64,000 nucleotides of DNA, taken from contig NC_068992.1 in assembly GCF_001194135.2 (NCBI RefSeq), forward strand, positions 10,944,819-11,008,818. The letters are read 5' to 3'. Of the stretch, positions 1 through 12,600 are shown one piece after another; the stretch's first letter is position 1, and the number at the start of each line of letters is the position of its first letter. Made by a program: the position numbers and the translations under genes. This DNA is from Octopus bimaculoides (Eukaryota). The notes beneath the pieces were generated by a model. That model saw nothing but the letters and a program-made list of their open reading frames with translations, was not told the origin of the DNA and made no database searches.

Positions 1-330
1 ATTAATTGCGATAATTCACACAGTGTGCTCCTACTCAATTATAGCTTGGGAAATTATTACATTTTTCTTTGCTAGCCCTAAATCACTACATTTCTAACTG
101 TTAGCCCATGTTTTTTTTATCATATTTTGGTTAATTGTTATATTTCACACAGTTAACTCCTATTCAATTTTAATTTGAAAAATCACAACAATCTTACTCA
201 TTTGACTGTCTATTCAGTTATATTCTTGTTAATCATTCCTTTTCTCATTGTTAATTCTGTATCACCATATTTTTTTACTGTTAGTCCATCTCCTTTATTT
301 GGGCTAATCACCATATTTCACTTTGTTTAA
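1..330. repeat. Degenerate minisatellite-like region, period about 130 bp
   Basis: ataattcacacagtgtgctcctactcaatt (about 11) recurs as atatttcacacagttaactcctattcaatt (about 141); the sub-motif atcac.a.attt...actgttag.ccat also recurs. Confidence 0.5.
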
Positions 331-372
331 CCTAGATAATACACACACACACACACACATACACACACACAC

Positions 373-652
373 ATGCATATATAGTACAGGACATCACCAA
401 CAGTAAAAAAAATGAAATACGAAAACAAATGAGTTTGATATACAAACAAATGGAAAACAGGACAAGTAACATAAAGAACGACCCTTCATCAGTTGTCGGC
501 TGTCTATCTACTGTTCAAAGCTCAAAATGAGGAGTAGACAGACAGCTGACAACTGATGAAGGATCGTTCTTTATGTTACTTGACCTGTTTTCCATTTGTT
601 TTCATATTTCATGTTGTTTACTGTTGGTAATGTCCTGTACCCATATATGCAT
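373..652. mobile_element. Palindromic (hairpin) repeat element, probably derived from a Penelope-like pseudo-LTR
   Basis: Arms 373-512 and 533-652 are reverse complements around a 20-nt loop. The right arm is homologous to 34076-34210. Microsatellites flank both sides. Confidence 0.7.
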
Positions 653-665
653 GCCTATATATATA

Positions 666-669
<4 letters not shown>

Positions 670-719
<50 letters not shown>

Positions 720-727
720 TCTCTCTC
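670..727. repeat. (TC)n microsatellite
   Basis: Directly visible. Confidence 0.95.
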
Positions 728-960
728 TATATATATGTGTGTGTGGGTGTGTGTGTGCTCAAGATGGATTAGAAACCACTAATTGAGCTTTATGTCTATG
801 GAGTCATTTGAAACATATGTGACGCAGAATGTCACTGAAAAATAGATGAAGTTCATAATTAGTTGTCCATTGGTATGATCGAAATACTTTTGAAGTTTCC
901 AGCTTTCATGAATGGACTGATAAGGATGATAAAGGATGAAAAAAAAAATATCTGGCACTG

Positions 961-1077
961 TATCACCATCATCATCATCATCACCACCACCACCATCATC
1001 ATCACCATCACCATCATCGTCACCATCATCATCATCATCGCCATCATCACCATCACCACCATCATCATCATCATCAA
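961..1077. repeat. (CAT/CAC)n compound trinucleotide microsatellite
   Basis: Directly visible; explains the poly-I/T/S/M ORFs at 859-1118. Confidence 0.95.
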
Positions 1078-1636
1078 CAAGACTTTTAAATTATTCTTTT
1101 TTGAGTTGGTATAAATGATCAGATACCGAGAAACATATGTTTCTTAGAATTTTTTTTGGGGGTTGGGGGTGAAGTTTGAATTGCCAAGTGTCTTCATAGA
1201 TCTAATCTTGCCCTTTTCTTTTGTAACTTTCTTGTGTTTCTGTTGACTTAATTTGATAGAATTTTTGTCTTCTTTCCTTTGCACCTTGTCCTGACTTGCC
1301 CCTTATAATGTTAGTTAACGCTAGCTCCCTGCTTAACACAACTCCCCCTATCATCTTTCATATCTACCCCTACTCTTTTCTCAATAATCCCTGTCATTAA
1401 TCCAGTCACTTTCTACTGTTCCTTACCATATTTCCTCTAACTTTTCTTCTTGCTTGCTATCCCATGTCCCTCAGTTTAGATTCATTGCCTATTTTCTCTT
1501 TTTTTCTCTCTCTCTATCTTCTATTATCTTGTAGTTGTAGGGATCACTTTAAGCCCTTAACTTAACATGTTATGAGGTAATGATTGCTGGTGCTAGTACC
1601 ATGAAAAATGCATTTTGTAGTCTCTGTAGAGTGTTT

Positions 1637-2003
1637 GGCGCAATGGCCCAGTGGTTTGGGCAGCGGACTCGCGGTCATAGGATCACGGTTTCAATTCCCA
1701 GACCGGGCATTGTGAGTGTTTATTGAGCGAAAACACATAAAAGCTCCACGAGGCTCCGGCAGGGGATGGTGGTGAACCCTGCTGTACTCTTTCACCACAA
1801 CTTTCTCTCACTCTTACTTCCTGTTTCTGTTGTGCCTGTAATTCAAAGGGTCAGCCTTGTCACGCTGAATATCCCTGAGAACTACGTTAAGGGTACACAT
1901 GTCTGTGAAATGCTCAGCCACTTGCACGTTAATTTCACGAGCAGGCTGTTCCGTTGATTGGATCAACTGGAACCTTCGACGTCGTAAGCGACGGAGTGCC
2001 GAC
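1637..2003 (+). mobile_element. tRNA-derived SINE, apparently full length and young (CpG-rich)
   Basis: Head GGCGCAATGGCCCAGTGG (A box) and GGTTTCAATTCC (B box); about 365 bp; many intact CpGs; inserted into an older repeat. Confidence 0.85.
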
Positions 2004-2274
2004 CACAGTGGTTGGCATTAAGAAGTGCATTCAACTATAGGAACCAGGTGGTGGTGCTTTAACTGGGTGACAGATTAAGCTTACCACCCCAACACAGGAA
2101 TAGTTCTTGCCACCAGCTTCAAGTTTCCATGATCTCTTACAAGACTTTGGTAGATCAGATGTTCTGGTAGAAAGTGCTTATCAACAGTGCTGTACTGTTG
2201 TAGGTTTGCTGTCCGCCTCATAGTTGTTTCAGATGAATGTCTTGTCTAAGATGCAAGGATGTGTGAAAACGTAA

Positions 2275-2730
2275 CAGTATTTCAAAATTTATGAAGCAGT
2301 TATTGTGAAATTACCAACTGACATCAGCAAGATGTACAAAAATCTAATCCAGTATTTCAAATTTTATTGATAATTCGACGTTGGATTACACTGTAACATC
2401 AACAAGATATACAATAATGCAACCCAGTTGGTATTTAAAATTTTATGAAGCATTTAATCATGAATGTTGATGGAGCATCAGCATTAGATTAGGATTCAGT
2501 TTTAAAATAAAAATTTACATTGAATTCTGCTGGTTGAATCAGTATGCCAAATGTCTCTCAAAGTAATGTCAAAATACGGTTGATTCAATATTGAATGTTA
2601 ACTGACATTTCAACGTTGATTAAACATTCAATCCACATTGAAGTGCAACACTGAATCAATATAAAATCAATGTGACATTGAATCAACAGAGATATGTGGA
2701 CCTTAGATCAATGGATGAATTAATATCGAA
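2275..2730. repeat. Three degenerate 75-bp tandem units followed by a TTGA(A/T)TCAA-rich foldback-like segment
   Basis: cagtatttcaaa...acatca.caagat.tacaa starts at 2275 and 2350, with a more diverged third unit at 2425; multiple ttgaatca/ttgattca motifs at 2533-2690. Confidence 0.6.
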
Positions 2731-3646
2731 CCTTTTTTCTTTTTTCTTTTTTTTTTGTATTATCAAAGTTGAAACATTTTGTTAGCTTTAATATTTATTT
2801 CTGTATAAACTAAAACAGTCGTTTCATGTTGAAGGCCTCTATTTCCAATTAGATTTAGGAAGTTATGGATGGTTCTCTTCTTGTGTGAATTAGAATGCTT
2901 ATATATTCCAGATGAGGATATAGTGTGCTGTGAGCTGATAATTTAGAACTGTAGTTTGATTATTTGTGAACTTTAATACCATGTGGAAATTTACCGAAGT
3001 TGAAATTTTCAGTGTCTTTCTAGAGTTACTAATTAACTTGATGAACTATCAATTGCCCATTCTACTTGGCACACAAAATTGGCATTGTCTATGCATCGTT
3101 GATTTGAAAATGATGCAAACACACACGTACAAATGTCAGAACACAACATTAACCTAGCAGTAGATATAGGGCAACAACTCTTCTTCAATTCTAGAATATA
3201 TCCAGTATTGTAAAAATTAATTACATGCACTGATAGTCTTCCATATTTTCTGTTCAATGATTAAATATCATAGAATGTCATCCAATGTAAATTACTTGCT
3301 CAAGTTTGTATTAACATTGTAAATTAGAGGTTAGCATTTTCTCAAACTAAGAAATTTAGCAGCAAAAATACCATTAGCAAGGATGTTGTAAATATGCCTT
3401 AAAATAAATGTTGTGATTTTGATTGAATTACGTATTTTCTTTTATAATGTCAAATTTTTTTAATTAAAAAAGAAATTTTTATGAATATATCATATACATT
3501 ACGCATAATTCATGACTTCCTGATTTTCTTCTTGTCGTTCAGCCATTGGTCAGCCTTGACTAAACAGACAAATGATCAAAGGTGTTCCAGCCATGACCAT
3601 CACGTTTTTCTCATGCATTATGTTTAACTGAGGTGTCTCGCATTTT

Positions 3647-3876
3647 TTAACCCTTTTGGTATTAACCGGTCTCAGACTGCTCCTGGTTCTATGATACAAA
3701 CTTCTGCTTTAAAGTAATTTAAATTTAAATTGTCAATCAAAACTTCATTTTCAGTTCTGTCCCCAAAACCAGCTTCATAATGACAAGCATATTTTGCAAA
3801 ATTCTTCATTACTTTCGAAATTAAGTGAAACAAAGTGTATGCATTTCTATAGAAATATTATAATAAAAAATCTTAA
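3647..3876 (+). mobile_element. piggyBac-like MITE (TTAA-CCCTTT end)
   Basis: ttaa|cccttttgg at 3647; homologous to the copy at 4329; decayed right end aaaaatcttaa. Confidence 0.45.
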
Positions 3877-4328
3877 GGCACAAACAGTAACTTAAAAAAG
3901 ACTGACTGACTCTTGTTTTTATTTGTAATTTTGTGTTCATACAATCTTGATTTACTCTGATGTTATTTTAATACTGAATCAATAATAGGCAATCACATAA
4001 CGATTCCCTGAAATATTTTTTATATTGCATTCCGGTTGATTCTCAGGTGAATCAGGTGTTTTATATTATTGACCCTTGCTACTCATACTTGATGAAGTTA
4101 TAACAGAGCAAAGATTGGTGTCAAAATATCTTCCCTGTAAAATAAGCCAAACTTCCTCTGAAGCAGGGTTTTATAATTATTTATTTATTCATTTTTTGTA
4201 AAACACTTTCATAAAAATCCTTGGAACAATTTTTCAGCTAAAAAGTGGGCCAACACTTCAATAGCCATTCACAGCATTCAGTCTGGTCATACACAAGATA
4301 AATGTTAGAATGTTAGCAGAAACATGTT

Positions 4329-4500
4329 TCAACCCTTTTGATGCCAACCCACCTCAAACCACCACTCCTGGTTTTTTGATACAACCTTCCAGTTTAAACT
4401 AATCTAAATTAAAACTTTCCATTAGATTTTCATGCTAATTTATTTTTCAAATACCATTTAGATAATGTCGTATGCTTTTGTGAACAGCTAATGTAAAGGA
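4329..4500 (+). mobile_element. Second copy of the same piggyBac-like MITE family
   Basis: caacccttttgatg...ctcctggtt..tgatacaa.cttc..tttaaa.taat.taaatt aligns with 3650-3740. Confidence 0.45.
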
Positions 4501-4744
4501 GATAATCATTTGTTTGCAACATTTGACAGGTTTAGATGTTTGTATTTGAACTTAAGGAATATGGAAGAAGTTGCATAGGATACACATATTTAATTCCTTT
4601 ATTGCTTATTTATTATAAAGTTCTTAAAACGTCTAGGTAGTGATAATCCTGTATAGAACTATTTCATTCTTTTTAGAACTTCTCAACATGACTTATCCCA
4701 AGCTGCATTAATTAGGCATTTATGAAGTGAGACATTTCCTACAG

Positions 4745-4778
4745 ATGGAAAATAAATACAGTATGGAAGAAATTCCTG
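4745..4778 (+). CDS. Unverified candidate small exon (MENKYSMEEIP or WKINTVWKKFL)
   Basis: Strong donor CTG|gtaagt at 4779; acceptors catttcctacag (4744) or tctttttag (4676). No homology recognised. Confidence 0.2.
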
Positions 4779-5004
4779 GTAAGTGTTTATTTCTTTTCTT
4801 TCATAAGATGTTAGCAGTTAAGCAATCAAGAAAAAAGACAGAGAAATTTCTTAGGGATCATATACAGAGTAACTGTTTCCAGGGAGTTCTACTATGTGAA
4901 GGTGCTTTACAGTAGCTAATATTTTAGTTTGAACTATAAATGAAATTCACAGGCCATTTTTTATATATCCTTTGATGATGAATTTCAATATTCTAAATCC
5001 AGGT

Positions 5005-5440
5005 TTTTCCCCATTAACAGTGGTGGCCGGATACTCTCACACTGTCTCACCATCTTGCCCGGTTTTGGGCGTTCTCCCTTCTCAAGCCAACCCTCTCAAT
5101 CTCTTCCTCCACCTGTCCCCTTCACGTTTTCTTTGGTCAACCTCACTTTTGCAGTTCATTCACTTTAAACTCAAGCACTCTCCTCAGAACATGTTCCTCA
5201 TCCCTCCTCAACACATGTCCATACCACCACACTCTATTCGCGCTTGCCAGCTTTTCCACTGATTCCTCCAACCCCAGCATCTCCATCAAGTCCTCAGCCT
5301 TCCTTTTATCCAATAGCTTCACACCACACATTGCTCTCTCGATCCTTCTCAAAATTGCCATTTCGCTCTCCCTCAAGCACCATGTCTCATTCTTTAAGGT
5401 ATAGATATTGGTTTGAAGCTATTATTTCACAATAGTAATC
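5005..5440 (-). mobile_element. RTE-clade LINE fragment, ORF2 C-terminal region
   Basis: Translation ...LRRIERAMCGVKLLDKRKAEDLMEMLGLEESVEKLASANRVWWYGHVLRRDEEHVLRRVLEF..GRPKKT..VEEE..RVGL..ENAQNRARW matches the RTE W.GHV.R and GRP.KTW motifs; contains stops. Confidence 0.85.
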
Positions 5441-6476
5441 TTGCATTCCACAGTGGCAGAGGCATTTCGTTGTAGACATAATCCCTTTACATTTTGTCTA
5501 CAGTTTAGCTGAATCATTTCAAATTCACATCCAGAGATTTTCAAACACATGGTGTTCACTTGCAAATAGTTAATATAAGGAAGATAATCATTTCTTCGTA
5601 ATTAAAAGTTTAAAGCTAAAAATGTTTTCCTTATTTTAAAAATTAATGGAAGCCAAAGCAATGCATTTTAACAGAAATATAGCAAGAAAAGGCTAAACAA
5701 GTATTAGGAAAAAACCCCACAAGATTACATAAATTTATAGAGACTTCATGAACGAAAGCACGGCAAACATGTCTAAAAAAAGTATAAACAAAGTAACCCT
5801 TATATATATTTGTCTCAGACAGAAGTGGCTGTCATAAAAGGACTGGATTCTATTATATTTCTATGATCTTTTAACTTCTTAAACAACTTGACAACTAGAT
5901 TTCTGCTGTATATTTTATTCAATTATATTGTAATTCTACGAGATAACTTGTTTAAAGTTATTAATCTAAGTCTATTTTTAAAGTTCTGCTCAGACCAGGA
6001 AATATATACATTTTTGTCCTAATACATTTACTTTTAAGTTTTTGCTTTGCCTCAATATTAATTTTATTTTTATATTCTATTTTTTATTACTTATCTAATA
6101 CTGATAAATAATATTTAAAACTAATGCTAGTGGCACCACTCTTGTATTTCACTTTCAAAATTTCCAAACCCCAAAATAGAAAAATAAAACCTAAAACTAT
6201 TAAATATATGGTCATTGGCTAATAGAATAGAAAGCATTATTTTTCTGCATAGAACTAGATTTTCTTTTTGCTGCCGGCATTGCCAAAAGAAAGATCTTGA
6301 TTTTCTTCACGAAAATATTATTAAGCTTTCACTGAGACACTGAGAATTTATGATTATTTCTTCTTCTTCATTATTCTTATCATTTTTGTTATTGTTGTTG
6401 TTGTTGTTATCATCATCATCATCACTATTAATATTAACATTATTGTTACTGTCATCGTCATCATTATTATTGTTAC

Positions 6477-6507
<31 letters not shown>

Positions 6508-7074
6508 TGAGGATATTGGTTAGATTGAACTGGAATTTTCTGTAGAGAAACTGACTGTTAGAAAACTTTTTCCAGTTATTTGTGGAAACTAGTTTGGAAC
6601 TATGTCGCCTTGTTAACTTGTATGATCAATTTACTTTACTTGTGGCTAGAGAGACACTTTTATGCTCTTGTCCATCTGTCTGACTTCTTAATGATTAACG
6701 AATAAGAAAATAGATAGGTGGTGACAATGCTGTTGTTATTGTTGTTGTTGTCGTTGATGGTAGTGGTGGGAGTGGAGGTGGCTGGCAGAAATATTAGAAT
6801 TATTCATAACAAAAATCCACGATACTTAACTGGTTCCCTTTATAACCTGAGTTCCAAACCCCATAGGTTCACATTTTATTTCCCCCTTCTGGGTCTGTAC
6901 CAGTTATGTACTGGAACTTACCATAACAATAACACACAAAAAATAGAAAAGGAAAGAAAAAAGTATTACCTTGTGCTAAAATGATAAACTCATTAATATT
7001 ACAATTATTATTGCCAAGAAATAATTATTATTTGAAAAGGTTAAAATATAATTTATTATTATTACTAATAGGCA

Positions 7075-7200
7075 CAAGAGTGGATGTGTGGTTAAGAATC
7101 TTGTTTTCCAACTACATGAATTTGGGTTCAGTCCCACTGTGTGGCACCTTAAGCAAGTGTCTTCAACAATAACCTCAGTTTGACCAAAACCCTGTGAGTG
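7075..7200 (+). mobile_element. 5' fragment of the tRNA-derived SINE family with the tgtgtggtaag...gggttcagtcccactg head
   Basis: Aligns with the head of 34287-34686. Confidence 0.7.
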
Positions 7201-8156
7201 CTATTTCTCATTAATTTCTTTCATTTAAGATTTTCCCTGTAGAATGGCATATTGCATTTTCCACTCCTTCTAGAAAAAAGAGTACTCAAGTACCAAAGGT
7301 AGAGTAATATGCTTTATTTAAAAGCAGCAGAAATATAACAAAAGCTGTTACTCAGAGTTTCACATACCCGTTCGTGTGTGTGTGTGTGTGAAATGCATAT
7401 ATATAAAAAAAATTTAAGTCACAAATGTAAGTAAATCATGCATGTATATACAACATACATATATATATATATATCATGTATGTATATATGTCATGCATGC
7501 GTATGTCATGTATGTATATATCTCATATGTGCACTCAAGTTGCACTTCTTTTGTGTTTCTTATAAGTCATGTATCGCTTATGGTGAATATGTTTTGCAAT
7601 TTCACTTGCAGTTGTATTTAAAGAAATTTTGCTTTTGAAAAATTCCAAATCATTGACATTAGAGTGTAACAAACTCCCAAAACCATAGATATCACATAGT
7701 AATGTATTTCTTTGATCTATACCCAGAACAAACAGACCAACCGATGCTTTTAAATCACCATTCCAGATTGACTGACAGTATGAGCAGCGTCTAATGGGAA
7801 TTAGGTTTATAGTTGGCCAATAGAGAACTATGTTTATGCTTTGTACACACGGAAAGCATGGATATATAAATTCATAAAACTGCATATTGTTACATGCACG
7901 ATTGTAGCAGAATTCAATTTCTGTTTAAGCAGTCATTTTTGTTTTTCTACATGATATCATCAATGTATATGTTTACAACAACGATATTTGGTTTGTAGAG
8001 TAGTGACGTTATCATCTTACTAAATTTGTTGGTGTGTGTGTGTAAGTAAGTGGTGTGCAAGATGAGTGAATGCGAGTGTTCGTGTGTGCAATAAATTTCA
8101 AACCCAGAGCATGGTTTGGTAAATAAATCATATGCAGATTTTCATTACTATCATTA

Positions 8157-8455
8157 TCATCATCATCGTCATCATCGTTTAATGTCTGATTTCCATGCAT
8201 GCATGGGTGGGACGACTGACAGAGCTGGCCGGATAGAAAACTACCCCAGGCTACTGTGTCTGTTCTGGCATGGTTTTTACAGCTGGATGCCCTTCCTAAC
8301 ACCAAACACTCTACAGAGTGAACTCAGTGCTTTTTATGTGGCACTAGCCCAGGTGAGATAAGTTTTGGCATGATTTTTACAGCTGGATGCCCTTCCAAAT
8401 GTCAACCACTTTACAATGTGAACTGGATGCTTTTTACATGACACCAGCATTGACA
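8157..8455 (-). mobile_element. RTE-tail SINE-like repeat with (GAT)n tail
   Basis: catcatcgtttaatgtc..tttccatgc and two cagctggatgcccttcc segments; same family as 10905 and 27585. Confidence 0.75.
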
Positions 8456-8937
8456 GGACCCTTGCAAAATCTTATAAATTGTGCTAATACTATTTTCACT
8501 CTTTCAAAATGTTTCTATAATATCAATAATAATGCCTGTTTTGGTAATGCTACAACTATGAGTTTCTGTTTTCTGACCATTCCTTTTCAATATTTTCCAT
8601 TTCTTTTTTTTTTGCATCCCCTCCACTGTCATGATGTAACAAAACCTAATAGATGAAATGCTGTTAAGCATTTTGCCCAACAGGCTAACGATTCTGCCAC
8701 CACTACTTCTATTGATAGTCCTTCACCAGTTTCTTATTGGTTTTATTTTGCCATACCTGTTCCCTTGTCAAAATTAATCAATAATATTATTCTGCTTGTC
8801 ATGATGAGTGTTTGAATGTTACACATTTAGCAACATTTAACAAAATCAATAACATTCTTTTATTCTTTTATTTTTTTATTCTTTTACTTGTATTGGTCAT
8901 TGGACCGTGGTCAACATGCATGACCATACATATACTA

Positions 8938-8972
<35 letters not shown>

Positions 8973-9291
8973 AATCAATCTATACGTCTGTCTGTCTGTC
9001 TCTCTCCCTCCCTCTCAATCTTTCTATATATTTATATAAAAGTTCAATTTGAGGTGAAATAAGCCTCATTAAGGGATAATAATTTCCAAAGAATTTACTT
9101 GTTACTTACCTATTATTTATTTTCAATATTAGTTTTAATACTCAAAAATAGGTAATTAAATAAACTGAGGTTTATACTTATATAAGAAAAATAAGAACAT
9201 AGAGATAAATCAATTAATAATTATATTTATTAATTTTTGTAATTAATAAATATAATTGTTAATTGATTTATCTCTCTTTTCTTATTTTTCT

Positions 9292-9330
<39 letters not shown>

Positions 9331-9371
9331 CTCTTTATTCATCTATATATTTGTGTGTGTGAGTGGATATG

Positions 9372-10110
9372 TATTGGGTCATCCCATAAATAATGCAGTT
9401 TTTTCTATTGCATGAACTAAAAGTCGGAATAGGACAGGGTAAACTACCTGCATCACCTTTCTATAAAAGCAGGTAATAATTTTACCTTCTTCTTATTCTT
9501 AGTGCAAGTTTTCAAGAGTGTAGTTTGATTTTAACAGTTATTTTTTCAAAGCTATAATGGAAGTGACAATGGAGAATATTCATAAAGCATATTTTGCTTT
9601 ATGAATTCAATAAAAGCAACAATGCAATGGAAAGTGCAAGGAATATTAATGCAGTATATGGAGATCAGACAATAAGCATAAGCCAGTGTCAACGGTGGTT
9701 CTAGAGATTCCAGGCCAGAAACTACAGCCTAGAAGACGAGCAATTGTCCTGGAAGATCTGTAGAGCTCAATGAAGACATCCTGCAAATCCTGGTGGGACA
9801 AAATTTCATAACTGTTGAGGAACAAGCAGAGAATCTTGGATTTGGTCATTGCCATTGGAAAAGTCAGCTAAATGAATTAATGGATTCATCACAAACTTTC
9901 CAAGTTTAGTCACAAGCAAAGAGTGAATGTGTGCTCTCCTTTGCTGTTGGGTTTCACGAATGAACCATTTTTGGACCAAATAGTGACTGGTGATGAAAAA
10001 TGGGCTTTCTATAAAAATTTCAAGTGCTAAAGACAGTGGGGAGAGAAAGAAGAAACACCAGCACCCCAGGCTAAAGAAGGTTTTCACCCACATATGGTGT
10101 GTTGGCCCCA
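9372..10110 (+). mobile_element. Mariner transposon remnant (5' TIR plus frameshifted transposase)
   Basis: TA|TTGGGTCATCCCATAAATAATGC terminus; EPFLDQIVTGDEKW at 9962-10003 (first catalytic D motif); 3' truncated. Confidence 0.9.
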
Positions 10111-10388
10111 TCCAAAGACAAAACAACATGGAGCAGGGCAGATAAGATAAAACAACCATCTTAGCAGAAACCTCACTGACCTTCCATAATACCATTAAAG
10201 AATTTGGTTATCTAGCAGTGCTAGTAGAGTATATTGATGATTACTTATGAGGGTACAAGTCATAAATTTCTAAAGGAATAGATATTGTCATCTTTAATGC
10301 CTTCAGTGAATTACTGGTACTGACTACATCTCCAAGAATGATAATATTCTAACTCAGCCTCATTGGGATACTAATTCAGACCCTAGAG

Positions 10389-10864
10389 CAATGATTCTGA
10401 ACCATTTTTTTTACCTATGGACACCTTTGATCACTATTTTACTTGAATGGAGCCTCATAGTCATTCAATGTTTTAATATCCTATTATTATTTTCAAAATT
10501 AATTATCAAGAATTGTATAAGAAAAATTGCTGAAATATTCAGTGTTTTGTAAAAGTATAACCAATTTTATTGCACATAAATTTTAGCAAGAAAATTTTAC
10601 ATAGACACACGACCAAATTACCATCTCCAGTCAAAAGCGACTCATAAGGGCTGGTTTCTCAATGTCATGGTGTATAAATTCCCCACCTGGATGGGACACC
10701 TGTCCATCTCAGGATTACTCATTTCTTTCCAGATGAGTAGACTGGAGCAACATGAAATGAAGTGTTTTGCTCAAGAACACAACGCGGTCATGAGTCTAAC
10801 CACTAAGCCATGTGACTCCACTATGGATCCCAAGAGTCATGTGGGCCCCAGTTGAGAATCAATG
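10389..10864. mobile_element. hAT-type MITE with 14-bp TIRs
   Basis: caatgattctgaac ... gttgagaatcaatg; flanking 8-mers ccctagag and atgtagag resemble a decayed hAT target-site duplication (TSD); contains a SINE fragment at about 10640-10810. Confidence 0.65.
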
Positions 10865-10904
10865 ATGTAGAGGAACAAAGCTAAAATGCTGTAACACAAT
10901 GTAA

Positions 10905-11074
10905 TCATCATCATTATCATTGTCGTTTAACGTCCGCTTTCCATGCTAGCATGGGTTGGACGATTTGACTGAGGACTGGTGAAACCAGATGGCTACACCA
11001 GGCTCCAATCTGATTTGGCAGAGTTTCTACAGCTGGATGCCCTTCCTAATGCCAACCACTCCGAGAGTGTAGTG
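10905..11074 (-). mobile_element. RTE-tail SINE-like repeat, well conserved copy
   Basis: Close reverse complement of 27690-27860. Confidence 0.85.
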
Positions 11075-11972
11075 AACACTTTGAGAAATCTTCAAACCAA
11101 TAAGGATTTCTATACATAGCTTTTCAACCAAGTAGAAACGACAGCCTTATTTCCCTCAAATCATGCTTTACTCTTTTACTAAAAAAAAAAAAAAAAAAAA
11201 GAGAGAGCAAACGTAAAAATCAAAACAAAATTGGACTTTTTGGATAATGTCATTCCGATATATATATATAAAAAGATGAAATGGTCAAGGTAGGAACAAC
11301 ATTGTTTATATAGATTTTCGATGAAGCCTGACCTGGAATTAGACAACAGCAACAACAGTGACAGCAGTTGCGACAGCAACAAAAGCAGCAACAACAACAA
11401 CAAGAAGACCAGCAGCAACAGCAGGAGTAGCAGCAGCAGCAACACTCGCAACTATAATGTATTTATCCCCTAGGCCTATTGATCTCCAATCATCTCTATT
11501 GTCATCTGTTCATTCTATTTCAATATTGGATATTTATGGGGTGGGGGGTGGAGACTTTGTCTTTCATCTGGGATTATTTTATTCAGATTTTTGCTGCCTG
11601 ACTTTATATTATTTGGAGCTGACAAGGGGAGGGAACCTTTTATGTGGTCTGCTGATCTGCTAGCTAGAAATAACAGTTGAAATCTCTCTCGAATCAAACA
11701 TCTACCCATTCGATCCCAACTAAAAAGATGAGTTGGTCATGGTTGGAATGCTTTTGATTGTATTTCTGTGCCAGCAATGTTGAGAATAACAACAGCTACA
11801 ACAGCAGCAGTTGCTTTAGAAACAGCAACAGCAGCAACAACAACTGCAACAGCAGCATAACTGTGTCAGCAATTACAATGGAAATAACATCAGTTTCTTA
11901 AATACATATTCTGAGTTAAAACAATAACAGCAGCATCGTCACCACCATCATTATCATCAACATCATCATCAC

Positions 11973-12004
<32 letters not shown>

Positions 12005-12473
12005 CAACCACCACCACCACCACCACCATCATCATCATCATCTACAGCAGCAATCAGTAACAACAGCGATAACAGTAGCCTTGCATTATTTAGTCCTCTC
12101 CTTGCACAGTGTGAGTTCAAATGCAACTAACAGCAGTCCAGTTTAGTCTTCATCTCTTTGAGTATTGAAATATGGTCCCAGGAATATATTGTACGTGAGC
12201 CAATTGCTCACCATGCTTCCCTCCATTCATATCCTTTAACCAGTTCTACCCACGTACACTGCTTTCACCTCATCCCACCACCAAAACCACACACACAGAC
12301 ATACACACGTGCACATACATACACACGTGCACACGTGCACCACACAAAAAGAAGTGGCAGGGATTCTTTTGTTCTCAGAAATGAATCGATATTGAACAGT
12401 TGAACAACTATGACCAGGAGAAAATGATGACAGTGATCAATATTGAGGAAAATATTTCAGAAAAGAGAAATCC

Positions 12474-12600
12474 AATTTCCAATAACAGGAATATTTCTTG
12501 AAAATAAAAGAGAAGTGGACAGTCAAGTCTTCAGGAAATTTCCAATAACTGAAATATTTCTTTAAAATAAACAGAAGTGGGCAGTCAAATCTTCAGGAAA
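12474..12600. repeat. 63-bp tandem duplication (two copies)
   Basis: aatttccaataac...gtcaa.tcttcagga starts at 12474 and at 12537. Confidence 0.85.

Noticed and set aside
1637-1710. tRNA-like A and B boxes
   Set aside because: This is a SINE head, not a tRNA gene; it has no complete cloverleaf and continues into the SINE body.
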